64,000 bases of DNA. It comes from Eubacteriales bacterium. Lineage in GTDB: Bacteria; Bacillota; Clostridia; Oscillospirales; CAG-272. Positions 1-12,600 of this stretch are shown one piece after another. Each line of letters opens with the position of its first letter. Position 1 is the stretch's first letter. The DNA is taken from contig JBGUUX010000100.1 of NCBI GenBank assembly GCA_045133915.1, positions 69-64,068 on the forward strand. The letters run 5' to 3'. The translations under genes and the position numbers were made by a program. The notes below the pieces were generated by a model that was given only the letters and a program-made list of their open reading frames with translations, did not search any database and had not been told where the DNA came from.

Positions 1-516
1 TGCGCCGTCTGTTCCGGGCACCCCGTTGAAAGCGCCGTTGTCGGCATCCTCTTTTAACTTTTTAGCATCAGTTATTACTTCATTAATCGCAGCGACAAGA
101 GAGGTCTTGTCTTTCGAGTCAAGACCTGCGATATCACCTATTCTTGCAGACATCTGTTCCCACAGGTCAAGATTATATGTAATACTCTCATCACCCGAAG
201 GATCTGCACCACTTTTAACAGGCTGTGTCACCGCCCATGTTGTTGGTATTATAACACTACCGTCACCTTTTATACCGTAAACTCCTATAGCGACAGGTAT
301 GTCTGCAAGCTGTAACACTTCATAAGGAAATTCCACAACAGTATCTATATTAGGTACATCCTTTACTACGTTACCCTGGGTAAACACAGCTGTTTTAGCA
401 AGTCCGTTCCAGTCCTCATCAAATCTAAACTCAACTCTTGAGCCAACCATACCGACAGTTAACACATCAGTCTGTCTAATAACTGCCTTTGCGCCTGTGA
501 CATCAATTTTATACAA
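1..516 (-). CDS. Tail-fibre-like structural protein, first 172 codons (gene runs off the left edge)
   Basis: Absent from the ORF track because it has no stop in the window. The reverse strand reads GGAGGTG, 5 nt, then TTG (516-514), followed by LYKIDVTGAKAVIRQTDVLTVGMVGSRVEFRFDEDWNGL... It stays open to nt 1. The last residues, FNGVPGTDGA, look like the onset of a collagen-like G-X-Y run. It lies directly downstream of the virion module. Confidence 0.45.
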   Translation of the reverse strand, partial: MYKIDVTGAKAVIRQTDVLTVGMVGSRVEFRFDEDWNGLAKTAVFTQGNVVKDVPNIDTVVEFPYEVLQLADIPVAIGVYGIKGDGSVIIPTTWAVTQPVKSGADPSGDESITYNLDLWEQMSARIGDIAGLDSKDKTSLVAAINEVITDAKKLKEDADNGAFNGVPGTDGA

Positions 517-547
517 TTCTACACCTCCAACTCAATCTATTGTCCTA

Positions 548-594
548 TAAAAAGAATAACAAAAAGCGGCGCCGGTTTTCTATCCCGACGCCGC
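548..594 (-). terminator. Intrinsic terminator after the giant gene
   Basis: On the minus strand GCGGCGUCGG (594-585) pairs with CCGGCGCCGC (575-566): 10 bp with one G-U pair and a 9-nt loop. The hairpin is followed by UUUUUGUUAUUCUUUUU. Confidence 0.65.
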
Positions 595-602
595 CTCTTA
601 GC

Positions 603-3600
603 TTAATGCCAAGGTGCTTCGTATATTCTGCTTGCTGCCCAACCATTCAGGTAGTACAGAGCATCCTTCTGTTCAGTTGTGATAGGAAGAGAGTCAATAA
701 CGATCATAACCTGGGACTTAACCGATCCAGCGTCGGTCTTGCCGTCACCGTCCGCGTCTACTCCCTTAATTCCCTTTCTTTCTTCAACATATTGTGCATA
801 TTCAGGTACGCCAAGCCCTGTATATGCAAGCTCGTTGTAATATGTGGATACCTGTACTTCAGTCAGCTCGTAACCAGGATATTCACGCTTGAAGTCTATG
901 TGCTGGACCTTGGTCTCAGCCTCATCCATTGTCAGACCTCCATGCTCGATCATAATATCAATGGCCTTGCTTCTTGCGAAATATCCTTCCTCATAACCGG
1001 ACTTCGTATAGCTTGCAAGAGAGGATTGAGCCTCTTCCATAGTCTTTCCGTCGAAGCTTACCATAATGTTTATCAGCTCAGCCGCGGAAATATTCCCCTC
1101 CTTAAACTGTTCGCTGCGGTTACCGTATGTATAACCATGCTTTTCCTCGAAGTCCCATTCGGAAACCTTCTGCTGTGCCTGAGCCTTGGTATATCCGCCA
1201 TAGCGCACATACATCTCGACAGCTCTTGAAGCAGTGATCTCACCGTCCAAATACTTGGTCTTGATATCGTCGAACTCAATCCCGGTTACGACCTTGCTGC
1301 TCCACTTGTTGACGGCAGCGGTAATTTCCTCACTGTCCATATTGAAATGCTTTGTCAACATGCTGGTGGCCTGCTGCTTCGTGATCTTACCTTCCTTGTA
1401 CCATGTACCTATTTCGCCCTTAAGCTGGCTGAGAACATCTTTCTCAGTATAGCCGTGAGATACAAGCTCGTCCATAGCGGCACCGAAGTCGCCTCCGTTG
1501 CGTACCGCATCATAGAGTTTATCATATCTCGAATAGCTTCCGTCCGGATCTTCCCATTCCGCAATGATGAAATATGCCTCGTTTTCGGTATCTACAATGC
1601 CTTTTTCGATAAGCTCTTTTGTAGCTTCCTCGGCGGTGAGATATCCGTCTTGGTATGCATATTTTATCTGCGCCTGCTCGCTCGGCTCGTAGCTCTTGAC
1701 CTTAAGGCTCGGCGCCATGCTTCCTACAGTGCTATTCCATGCGGTTACAAACTCTCTTGTCGTTGTCGCCATAGGTAGGCCGGTCATACCAGCAATCGCC
1801 TGCAACAGCTTATATACGCCGCCGTACCAGGTGTAATTGGTATCAGCTCCGCTTCTTCTGTCATGCAGGATTTTAATGCCATCAACAAGAACATCCCACC
1901 ACTGCATTATTACAGACTGCGGTGCATTTCCATAGGTATCTACTCCAAACACGGAAAGTAACTCCTTTAACAGTTCATAAACGTCACTCAAAATAGGCAG
2001 CTTGTTTATGGGAACAAGTTCGTCAATGACGTTTCCCTTAAATGCCTCAAGCCATTTTTCCAGAAAGTTTTCGTAATCATCATCGTCACGCCATGCGTCG
2101 GCCACGGCCTGTACTGCCGCAAGCATTACTGCGCTTATCGCGTATACATAGGCGGTGCGAATGATTTTATCTTTGTTCCGCTTCCATGCCTCCTGCTTGG
2201 TAAAACCGCGCTGAATATCCGCATGGTACTTGTCGTAAGCGTCAACCAGCATGCTCGCGGTAGTCGTAGGCTCCGACATAAAGGAACCGAGATATCTTGC
2301 AACAACACCTTTACTACGAAGATACTCATTTTTGGTAAGTACGCTATCTACAACCTGAGTCTTGTATATAACTTCCTCAAAGAGTTCTGTTACAGCTTCA
2401 TAGAAGCCCTCGCTCTTAGGTGTAAGCTTCTGCTTCTTTATGACTTCCTGCTTTGCCGCGCTCCACATAGCCGCCCAGGTCATAAGGTCAGCTTTTTCAG
2501 CTCCCCACATTCCCACGTCGTTTACCTTGTCAAGAACGGTAGAACGGTGCTTGATGATCTCGGTCAAGCCGCGGGAGATGTTAATGTCATAAAATCCAAG
2601 TGATTTCCATGCAGCAATACCGCTGTATTTCTGCATTTCTTCAATATTACGCTGTATTGCTTTAGGATCAAGCTTCATCCCCTTAAGGATAGAGCTATAA
2701 TCTATCACCTGTGCCGCCCTGGTTATCGCCATAGGCTGCTGCATTACAACTCGGAGGTTATACGCAACCTGCGCCATATTGTACTGACGAAGGGCATTAA
2801 GACCGGTGGTGTCGGTCGGTACTCCCTGCGCCTCTGTACCATTAAACGCTTTAAGGATGTTTATAACAAAGGTCTGGGCATATCCCTGTCTGCCGCTACC
2901 CGGTCTTGTTTCCTCCGGTACACCGTATACGCGGTCCATCTGATCACGAACGCTACCCAACACAGCGCGTGCGCCGTTTTCGTCCGGCTCACTCTTCTGC
3001 TGGTAATTAAACCATTTGATCGCGTCCACTACGGGAAGTGCAAAGGCGTTATACTGCGCCATGCTTGCCATATGGTTGGCAAATACATCGAATATGCTAT
3101 ACAGAACAATTCTGTTTTTTGCGCCCTCCTGTGTGCTCTTGGTAAAGCCCATGTTGAGAAGTGCGTACAGGCTTGCAGCCGCGGGGTGCTCCTCTGCATT
3201 TACCGAGAGGTGTCTACCGTCAGAGTTTATAGGGAAATAATTCTCTTCTCCGAACAGCTCCTCACCGAAGCGCTTAACGCTTACGTAGTTGCCCCACTTG
3301 CCGCCCTGTTCCTGCATAAACTTCTGTAGGGTGTCGGCTACCTCTTTCTGACGAGGTGTCAGAGTGGCTATTATACGCTTCACATCGTTTTGGGTAAGAG
3401 TATGACCTACATCGGATATCTTCTTGTCGTTCGCCTTAAAGGTCGCCACACGGATACCTTCACCGAGTATATGACCAAGGGCCTGCGAACGTTTGCTCAG
3501 CTCATAGAAGGACATTATCGTGGATACCGGCATTTTTATAATGTCGCCGCCTACACGAATCTCCTTAATTTCCTTTTCCCAAGCTTTAACCTCAGCCGCG

Positions 3601-6600
3601 GTGTACGCCTTTTCCGCAAACTCCTGTATCTTCTTTGTATTGAAGGCCAGAGTTGCCTGTCCTCGGCGCAATCCGTCATATATAGCCTTACCGCCGTCAC
3701 CGAAACGCTCAAAGGCGTAAGCGGGACGCATCTGCTGCCATAATACGAAGTTGGATATATTTCCGGTATGCGGTCCGGCACTTTTCATCGCTCCGAGGGA
3801 TAGAATAGTATCGTCACCCGCTTCATATACATGCTGGAACATTGCGTTTACATGGAATTTATTAAAGTTTTGGATATACGCCTTTAAATTCCGCACAACA
3901 AGAGAAAGCTCTTTCAGCTCTGCTGCAGTCATCTGATTGATAATAAATTCCCCGTTATTGTTCTCAACAAGTGCCTGTGCTGCGGTTATGAAGGTATCAA
4001 GACGATCCATGAAGTTTTCAGGAAGATCTGTATATCCGTTGTACATATCGCCCACATTGGCATGCGGCTTCAATGTTGCCTTCAGATCATTCATCCTCTT
4101 TATGAATTCCTTATCAGCCACCGTAGGATTGCCGCCCTTAAGGGACTGCTTACTCATAAAGTTGATAGAGGAAAGGAACGGAATTACCGAGCCTTTCAGC
4201 GCGTCGGGAATATGCTTTACAACGTCTTTGTTGTTCGGGTGCAGCACCCAATTACTCAGCTCATCCACGTCGGCGCGAATTCTTTCACGGTATTTCTTTA
4301 TATCCGCCGCGTTATTTCTACGGTCACGCCAGCGCTTAAGGATTTCCTTACCATGTTCGCGCTCGGCCTGCTCAATAACCTTGCGGGCTTTTTCAAGGAC
4401 CTTTCTCAGTACCGCTTTTTCTTCGATGGTGAAAAGGTCGTCATTCTCCGCCTTTATCTGATCGTCAAGGATATGCATACGGTTAAGAGTTTCGGCTGCA
4501 GCTTCTCTGTCAACCTTTTCACCAAACTGCTGTTCTTTATACAGTCTGCCCTGTTCTATCCTCTTTTCCTGCAGCTCTTCAAGCCTTGCAAGATGCTTTT
4601 GGAAGATATTAAGTGCGTCCTGTTCACCGGGTGTAAGCTCACCTATATTGATGTCACCCGCAGCCATAGCTAATATCTCGCGGTTTGTTAATGTGCTTGT
4701 TCGCTGCTGATATAGCGCGTCCTCACCTATAGTTCCTTCGGGTCTCGCATCATGCCCGAAGTGCTTTAATACACTTTCAGGAAGGACGTCCGGGAAGTAC
4801 CTATTGACATATTCTAACAACTCTGCTATACTAATTGTGGAGTCGGTAGGAGTAGCGGACTTGTCCGTAATCTTCGGCAGCAATGCAGCCGACTCCTTTT
4901 TTGCGTTTGCGGAATAGAGTACATCTATTTCCGAAACCTCATTGGAGTATTTATTAACTACAAAGCTTGCTATATACAGATTTCCGTTCTGATTCTGTGC
5001 GGCTCCTATCAACACATATGCATTTTTGATTTCTACAGCTCTCGGAATTAGCTCATTCACCCTTATGGCGTTCTTGAGTACATTTCCAATTTCAACAAGT
5101 ACGGGGGCCTGCGTGTTTATTCTTCGGTCAAGTCCGTGCACCAAACTTCTTTTAGGCACAATAACATCGGTGTCTATATCATTAACATGTACTACTGCAT
5201 TGCCGTTTTCGTTGGTATAACCGACCGAAGCGGCATTTTTTAATGCAAAAGATACAATGTCCGCGCGTTTATATTTCACGCTATCGTCAACAGATGTCAC
5301 AGCCATATCCGGTTTATTGACAAACCATTCATAACTGTATCTTTCCTCACCTAAATATGCTCTTGCCTGATACTGAACATCCTCGCTGTCACTACCGTGC
5401 TGCTGTTCTGTTTTCGGTGCAAGCAGCTCCATAACCTCGTTAAACCTTGCTCTTTTCTCTGCAAGCTCTTCGGCTTTTTCAAAAGGTTTAGAGATAATCT
5501 CCTGCTGAGCCTTAAGATCTGCGTTAACGTCAGAGAGTGACTGCTCGGCATATGTTATCATGTTTTCAAAGCCAGCTATAATTTCGCCTATGTGGTTTAC
5601 CATTCTTGTGGTATTGGTGAGGTAAACATTGAATTTATAGGTAGCATTACCCTGGATAAGACCTTTATATTCTGCAGTTTCTCTGAGCACTTTCAACTCA
5701 AAACCTGCGAAGGTGCCCACGGTAACATATGTTCCCTGAACAGCTTTAGCAGCTATTTCTGCGGCGAGAGCTGCGCCAGCATCCTTCTTATCGGTATATA
5801 CCTGGCCGCCTACATTCATAGAGAATTTGCCCTCAGAGTATGTATCTACTCTTGATTTAATATCCTCGCGTATATTGGCGATACGGGTAGTATAGTAAGC
5901 TATCTTCTGCTCGTCGTCTGAAAGCTTGGTTTTTGCAAGGCGAATACTGGAATTGTAAGCTTTCTGCAGGTTTTCAAGCTTCTTGATCGCATCGGTGAGC
6001 TTTGTCTGTTCCTCAATGAGAGGATTACCGGAAGCCAAAGCCTTTACTTCAGCAGCAGAAAGAGTAACCTCTCCGGTATCTTCCGCAGTTCTGCCAACAT
6101 CTTCACCGTTCATTATCTGACCTATGAAGTGCTGCTTACGGTCAAGAATATCCCAAAGTCTTGAGTCAAAGCTGCCCTTTGTAACATAAACGTATTTGGA
6201 AACTTCCTCGTTGATGTTCTTCTGTCTGAAAGCACGACCATCTCTCTGCTCTACGTCACCCGGTCTCCAGGGTGCATCAAGATGATGTATTGCTACAATA
6301 CGCTTCTGCGCGTTCATACCAACACCCATTTTGCCTGTAGAGCCTATAAGAACACGGACCTTACCATCATTAACATCTGCAAAGAGCTGTTTTCTCTTGG
6401 CATCGGAGTCTGCTTCATGGATAAATGCTATTTCCTTTGCGGGTATACCGGCCTTGACAAGATATGCTCGCATATCGTCATAAAGCTTTGCACTGCCCTC
6501 GTCAAAAGCATCATCAACATTATCAGCGGTATTATCCACCTTGTTCTTGTCGCTGCCCTTAGGAGTAGCCATATCACAGAATATAATCTGTGTTCCCTTG

Positions 6601-9600
6601 ATGCTGGAGCTATCCTTGTATTCTGCAAGTACATTTTCACAGCAGCGGTATATCTTAGAGCCTGCCTCATAAGGGAGAGAAGGATCTATCATTCTCTGTG
6701 TATAAGAGACTTTTCTACCGTCACTTGTGATTTTCAGCATATTATCTATGCTGGGATCAACAGACTTGACTACCTCTGCTCTTTTCTGAAGCTGCAGCAT
6801 ATAGTCCTTCTGGAATTGTCCGGGCTCACACTCAACGATTTTAACAGCGCCGCCCTTCATCTTGGGGATTTTAAGGCCGGGAACATCTGTCAATACATCT
6901 GAAAAGCTACGGAATAATAACTGAAGCTCGTTGAGGTTTCGGAAGTTTGCAAATACCTGCTTCTGTCTCATGCCGGTACCGCTGGGGTTGATCTCCCACT
7001 TGTTCACAACCTCACCAAACTGCTTAGCCCATGCATCAAAGGATTTCAGGCCGAGCTGTTCAAGCACATCGGGCTGCAGATATCGCTGCATGATGTAAAG
7101 CTCCACCATGGAGTTCATAACGGGAGTTGCTGTTGCAAATACAATACCGCGACCACCGTTCATACCCTGCAGGTATCTAACCTTTGTATAAAGGTCAAAT
7201 GCTCTCTGAGATCCCTTTGCACTACCGAGACCGGCAACATTTGTCATCTTAGATACATACTCAAGATTTTTGAAGTTATGCGCTTCATCGACAAACAAGC
7301 TGTCAATGCCGAGCATTTCAAAATCGATGTTATCCTCGTCCTTCGGTTTTGAAGTAAGCTCTTTCAGCTTCTTTTCAAGCTGAGCTTTCTTCTTTTCCAT
7401 TTCCTTAACGGTAAGGCCCTTGCCGTCTCTGCTTTCAGCTTTTTCCTCAGCTATTGCATTAATGATCTCGTCAATCTGTTCCTCGTAGAACTTTGTCTGA
7501 TACTCAGCCGACATAGGAATTTTCTCGAACTGCTCATAAGAAACGATTACCGCATCATAGTCGCCGTTTGCTATCTTGTTTGTAAATACCTTTCTGTTTG
7601 CAGGAGTGAAGCTCTTATCGTCTGCCACCAATATACGTGATGCAGGGAAATAGCTGTGGAACTCTACGCCCCACTGTGCTACAAGAGCTTTTGGAACAAC
7701 GAACACAGGCTTCTTAACAACACCAAGTTCGCGGAGCTTCATAGCAGCAGCCGCCATTTCAAGGGTTTTACCTGCGCCCACACGGTGTGCAAGCAAGGTA
7801 TTACCGCCGGAAGATATGATACGGTGTACAGCATTTGCCTGATGCTCTCTTAATTTAAAATCAGCATTGATGCCATTAACAGTAAGATTGCTTCCGTCAT
7901 ACTTGGGATTAACGATAGCGTTAAAGGTTTCATTATAAAGCTTTGCAAGCTCTGTTCTGCGGGTTTCATCTTTCCACAGCCAGTCCTCAAACTCCTTCTG
8001 AATTGCCTTTACCTTTTCGTTTGCTGCTTCTGTTTCAGCTTCGTTAAGGACAGAGATCTTCTTGCCGTCAGGTCCTTCAACAGTGTCATTAACTTTTACA
8101 GTACGGCTGCCCATCATAGCGTCGATAAGCTCAAGGAAGGATTTACGTGCAGTACCCCAGGTCTGAGTATTATAGTAGCTGGCCTTAAGTCTCTTATTAT
8201 TGAGAGTTATCTTAAACTCTCCGCTAACTGTGCGTCCCACTTCAACATCAGGGCCGCTATAGCTATTGGGATTGTTTCTACCGCCGAGCATATGTGCAAT
8301 AAAGTCAGCATATACCTCGTTGGGAATAAACGTAGCACCGGGAGTTATGTATATCTCATTATAGGGAATATCTTTAGGAATAACGCGTCGCAGTTCTTCA
8401 ATGTTATGTGCATAGTCCTTGTCATAAGGAACAAGCGACTCTGCCTCGCGCAGCTTTGCTCTGACATTACCTGCAAGGTATGATTCACGTGCTACAAGTG
8501 TACCGTTTCTTGTCTTGAAGGCAAGGCGGGAAGCGATAACTTCATTTGTAACATCTTCTACCGTTCTGCTGGTAAGCTTTGCGATCAGCTCAGTATCCAC
8601 GCCTCCGGTAAGATTAAGAGAAGCAATAACACCTTCGCTGACACTGTCAACGTGTGTAACAGTCTTATTTGCGCTTATAGTGTCCTTAGTAAAGATATCA
8701 GCCTTGGTTGCTGTTTTCTTCTTTACATCGTAGTTTTCAAGGGAAAGGATTGAATAACTGTCGGGATCACTGTCAATAGCTTTTCTGTTTGCGGGGGAAT
8801 TAATATATCCGTATTCCTTTACAAAGCTATCATAAGCAGTATTCAGCGCCTTTCTTGACTGCTTTACTATTTTTGCATCAACGCCCTGCTGCAGGTTATT
8901 GGCAAGCGTTCTATATGCATCACGGATACCAAGCATGCCCGCAATTCTCTTTGCAGTCTTTTCATCGGTATCATACTTTACAAGCTGGCCATTTTCGCTT
9001 CTTGAAATACTACCGTCCTTATTAACTACAAATCCGCCCGCCTTGGTTTTCTTTGTAGCTCTTTCAACTGCAAAATTGGTCTTTTCAGGTGAAAGCTTTG
9101 CAATATAGGTCATTTCACCTTTTATATTCTTAAAAGCTTCTCTGATCTGATCGTCAATGGTGCCGCGATCCTTAAGAGGTTCATAGGTAAGAGTACGGGA
9201 ACCGTACATACCACTCTTTGTAACAGGAGTACCAAGTACCATTTCGGGATGCTCTTTGAAGTAATTGCTTACATAAGAGCCGTGGTTATAATCATAATCA
9301 GCATTTAAGAAGTCCGCACCTGAGTATTCTGTGCCACCCTCACGCTTTTTAAGGATGAGAATATCGGTAACAACCTCTGTTCCTGCATTGTCCTTAAATG
9401 ATGTGTTAGGAAGTCTGATAGCACCGAGAAGGTCAGCACGCTCCATCATATACTGACGGATTGCAGCATCCTTAGAGTCCATGGTAAAGGAAGATGTAAT
9501 AAACATCACTATACCACCGGGACGCACCTTATCAATAGACTTTGCAAAGAAATAATTATGAATTGACTTAGTAACTCTCTTAGGATATGTTCTGTCAACT

Positions 9601-12600
9601 ACACCGAAGTTACCAAAGGGAACGTTACCAATAGCAACATCCATATAGTTATCGGGTATATTAGCAGTTTCAAAGCCCTGGATACGAACATCAGAGTTAG
9701 GATAAAGGTATTTTGCAATCTGACCGGTAATACGATCCAGCTCAACCATAGTCCAACTGTTGACCTTTGCGCTCATGTCTGCAGGCATAGCACCCACAAA
9801 GTTACCAACACCGGAGGAAGGCTCCAGCATACGGCCACCCTTAAAGCCAAGCTGTTTCAGACCGTCATACATAGCCTTGATAACCTCAACAGAAGTATAG
9901 TGAGCATTCTTTGTAGATGCTGACATATCCTTGTATTCCTGCTCGGTGATAACACCTTCATCAACAAGGGACCTCAGCTCTTCAAATTCACTCGCCCAAC
10001 CGTCCTTTGCGGTCATTTCGCTTCTACGGGTATCTCTATTGTACTTCATTTCGCCAAAAGCATTGGCAAGTCCACCCCAACCAACATATTTGGAGAGTAT
10101 TTCCTGCTCTGCTGCTGTGGCATATCTGTCCTCTGTAGCAAGCTGCTTTATAAGTCTTATAGCGTCAACGTTTGCGCGGAAACGTGCTTTTTCGCCTGTA
10201 GGAAGGTTAAGGCTGTCACCTATAACAAAGTTATTGCCTTTAGGTTTCTCTGTTGACTTCTGCTCAATCTGCTTCTCAACTTCTTCGTGAAGCTGCTCAG
10301 CCTTTATTTCAGTTTCCTGCTCAGGTGTCAGCTCATCATTTCGTCGTAAATCTCCGACCTCACTAACTCCCTCGCTCCTGCCAGACCTATCTGTTGTGTC
10401 AGGTCTATCATCATCTCGTGAAGTCTCTGTCCCTCGCTCTGAAGAGTCTGTAACAGTGTCCCCTCCTGATGAAGTTTCCTGTACATCTTCGACTTGTGAT
10501 CCATCCAGTAATCGTGAAGTTCCCTGCCCATCGGCGTCAGATCCCAATACTGTTTGTCCGTTATCAACATTTTCTGTGCCATTTGTGGTAGCCTCCTCTA
10601 TGTTTTCAGTAGGTGTGATAGCTTCTTCGGTGACAACCTGCTCTCTGATCTCTGTTGGAGCTATATGAGTAAGCTTTGTATTTGCGTTTATAGCTTCAAC
10701 AACCTCGTCACGTTCTTCCTGAGTAGCATTTTCCATTACCTCAGCAAAGCTCTTAGGAGCAGACTCAACAGGTTTTACCTCTGCCTCATAAGCCTTATTC
10801 AAAGCCTCGGTTATAGCTTCACGCTCTGCATAGCCATACCAAACCTTGTTTTTACCATGCCAACGGAATTTGTTTTCCTTGAGAACGTCTCTTACTGCAT
10901 CGGAAGGCTTCTCATTGAAAGTAATTTCAAGAGATCCACGCTCCACATTATCAGTAATGGTAAATCCGTGTTCGCTTGTGGTAGTCTTAGGCTCAGTTTT
11001 AGTCTTAGGTTCCGCTACTTTAGTCTTAGATTTAGTCTCTGAAACCTTTTCGTCAACTGTTTCGGCGACCACGTCCTCTGCCACTGTCGCCTGATAATTC
11101 TCAACAGCCTGAACAGCAACATTGTCAAACAGATTTACAATGCTCTCTACATAATGAACAGCGTCACCGACCTGCTCTTTAAGCGCGTTAGCCTCGCGGG
11201 ACCTGTTGTGACCTATAGAATTAAAATACTCCCTCAGAATATTTACAAACTCTTTCAGCTTTTCAAGCAGCTTATCAAATATTGTCTTATGGTTGATAGC
11301 CAGCTTTTCAACGAAATTCGCATTAGGGAGAATGTCGGTCATAGCCTCAGCTACTACCTCACGGCTGGCTTTGTCATAGCTCATACCGGGGTTTGCTGCC
11401 TGCTTCTCTTCTATAAGGTCCTGGACGTTCTCTCCGCGCTCTGTAAGCGTATCAAACACTACTTTTCTGAACACATTATACTGCACAGGATTCCAATTTT
11501 CAATAAAATGGGTAAATTCATGTGCAAATGTTCTGAGCATTGTATATTTTGCAAGGTCATTGACATCCTTGATCTTGGAAAGACCGGCATTTATATCAAT
11601 ATAGATAGTGCCGGGCTCACTATGCTTGTACTTACCCTGCGCTCCTTCATAACGGCCCTCAGCATTTGCCTCGCTGCGATAGAGTACAATATCAACACCG
11701 GTGGCCTCTGCATAGGTGGAGAGCAGCTTATAAGCGGTATTCTGCCTGTCATTAAAGGTCTTTTTAAGGTCGCTTATGGTCACGCCCTCGCCTCTAACAA
11801 CACCCTTCTTCCTGCCGGTTTTGCCGTTCACAAGCTTTTTGTTGGCGGCTTCCTTTTCGGTAGCGGCAGTATCAGAGGCAGCCATGCCTGCCTTATACGC
11901 AAGCTCGCGCTGTGTCTCGGTCAGATAAGCTGTGCTCTCGCTGTTCATAGCATAAGAAAGCGAAACACCGCTATTACCCATATTGTACGCCTGCTCATAT
12001 GCAGCATCATATTTGGCAACGTCCTGGCCTTCGTGGTAGGTATGTATCATAGCCTGAGCCTGTGCTCCATACTTCTTGGAAGCTTCCTCAATGGTGATAA
12101 CATCTTCTTCGACATCGCTCGCTTCAGCAGCGTCCTCTACAGGCTCTATTTCCGCTTTTTGAGGCGCGTTTTTCGTAAGGGTAGGAGTTGTACTCTCGGG
12201 CGTTTTCGTACCCTCCTGCGTTATCTGTGCCTCGTCTACAAGGCGGCTATATACGTCGGGATTGATTCTGGCTGTATCTATCTTTCCGGTCCATGCGGAA
12301 TCCGTAAAATACACAGTATCAGGATTCAGCTCTTCGGCAACCTGTTCGCCGTACTTGCTGTTCCTTATAGCCTGCTGTTCAGTTTCGGAGAGTTCTTCCC
12401 CTGCTGCCTGTTTTGCAAGCGCCGAACTGATGACATCGATATCCGCAGTTTCGCCAAGGTCGGTGAGACGTGTTCCAGCCGCGCTCTTAATAGCGGCGAT
12501 ATCACCCTCTACTATTCCAGCCTCGTTAGACTGAACAAGGGATTTGATTTGTGCGCCGGATACATTTTTACCGCTGCTGATTTTCTCCTTGATTTGCTTC

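Noticed and set aside
732-758. Calling the C-terminal DADGDGKTD segment of the giant protein a dockerin
   Set aside because: Only one Ca-loop-plus-helix is present, whereas dockerins have a duplicated 22-residue segment. The motif is short and common, so it is noted only as a possible Ca-binding loop.
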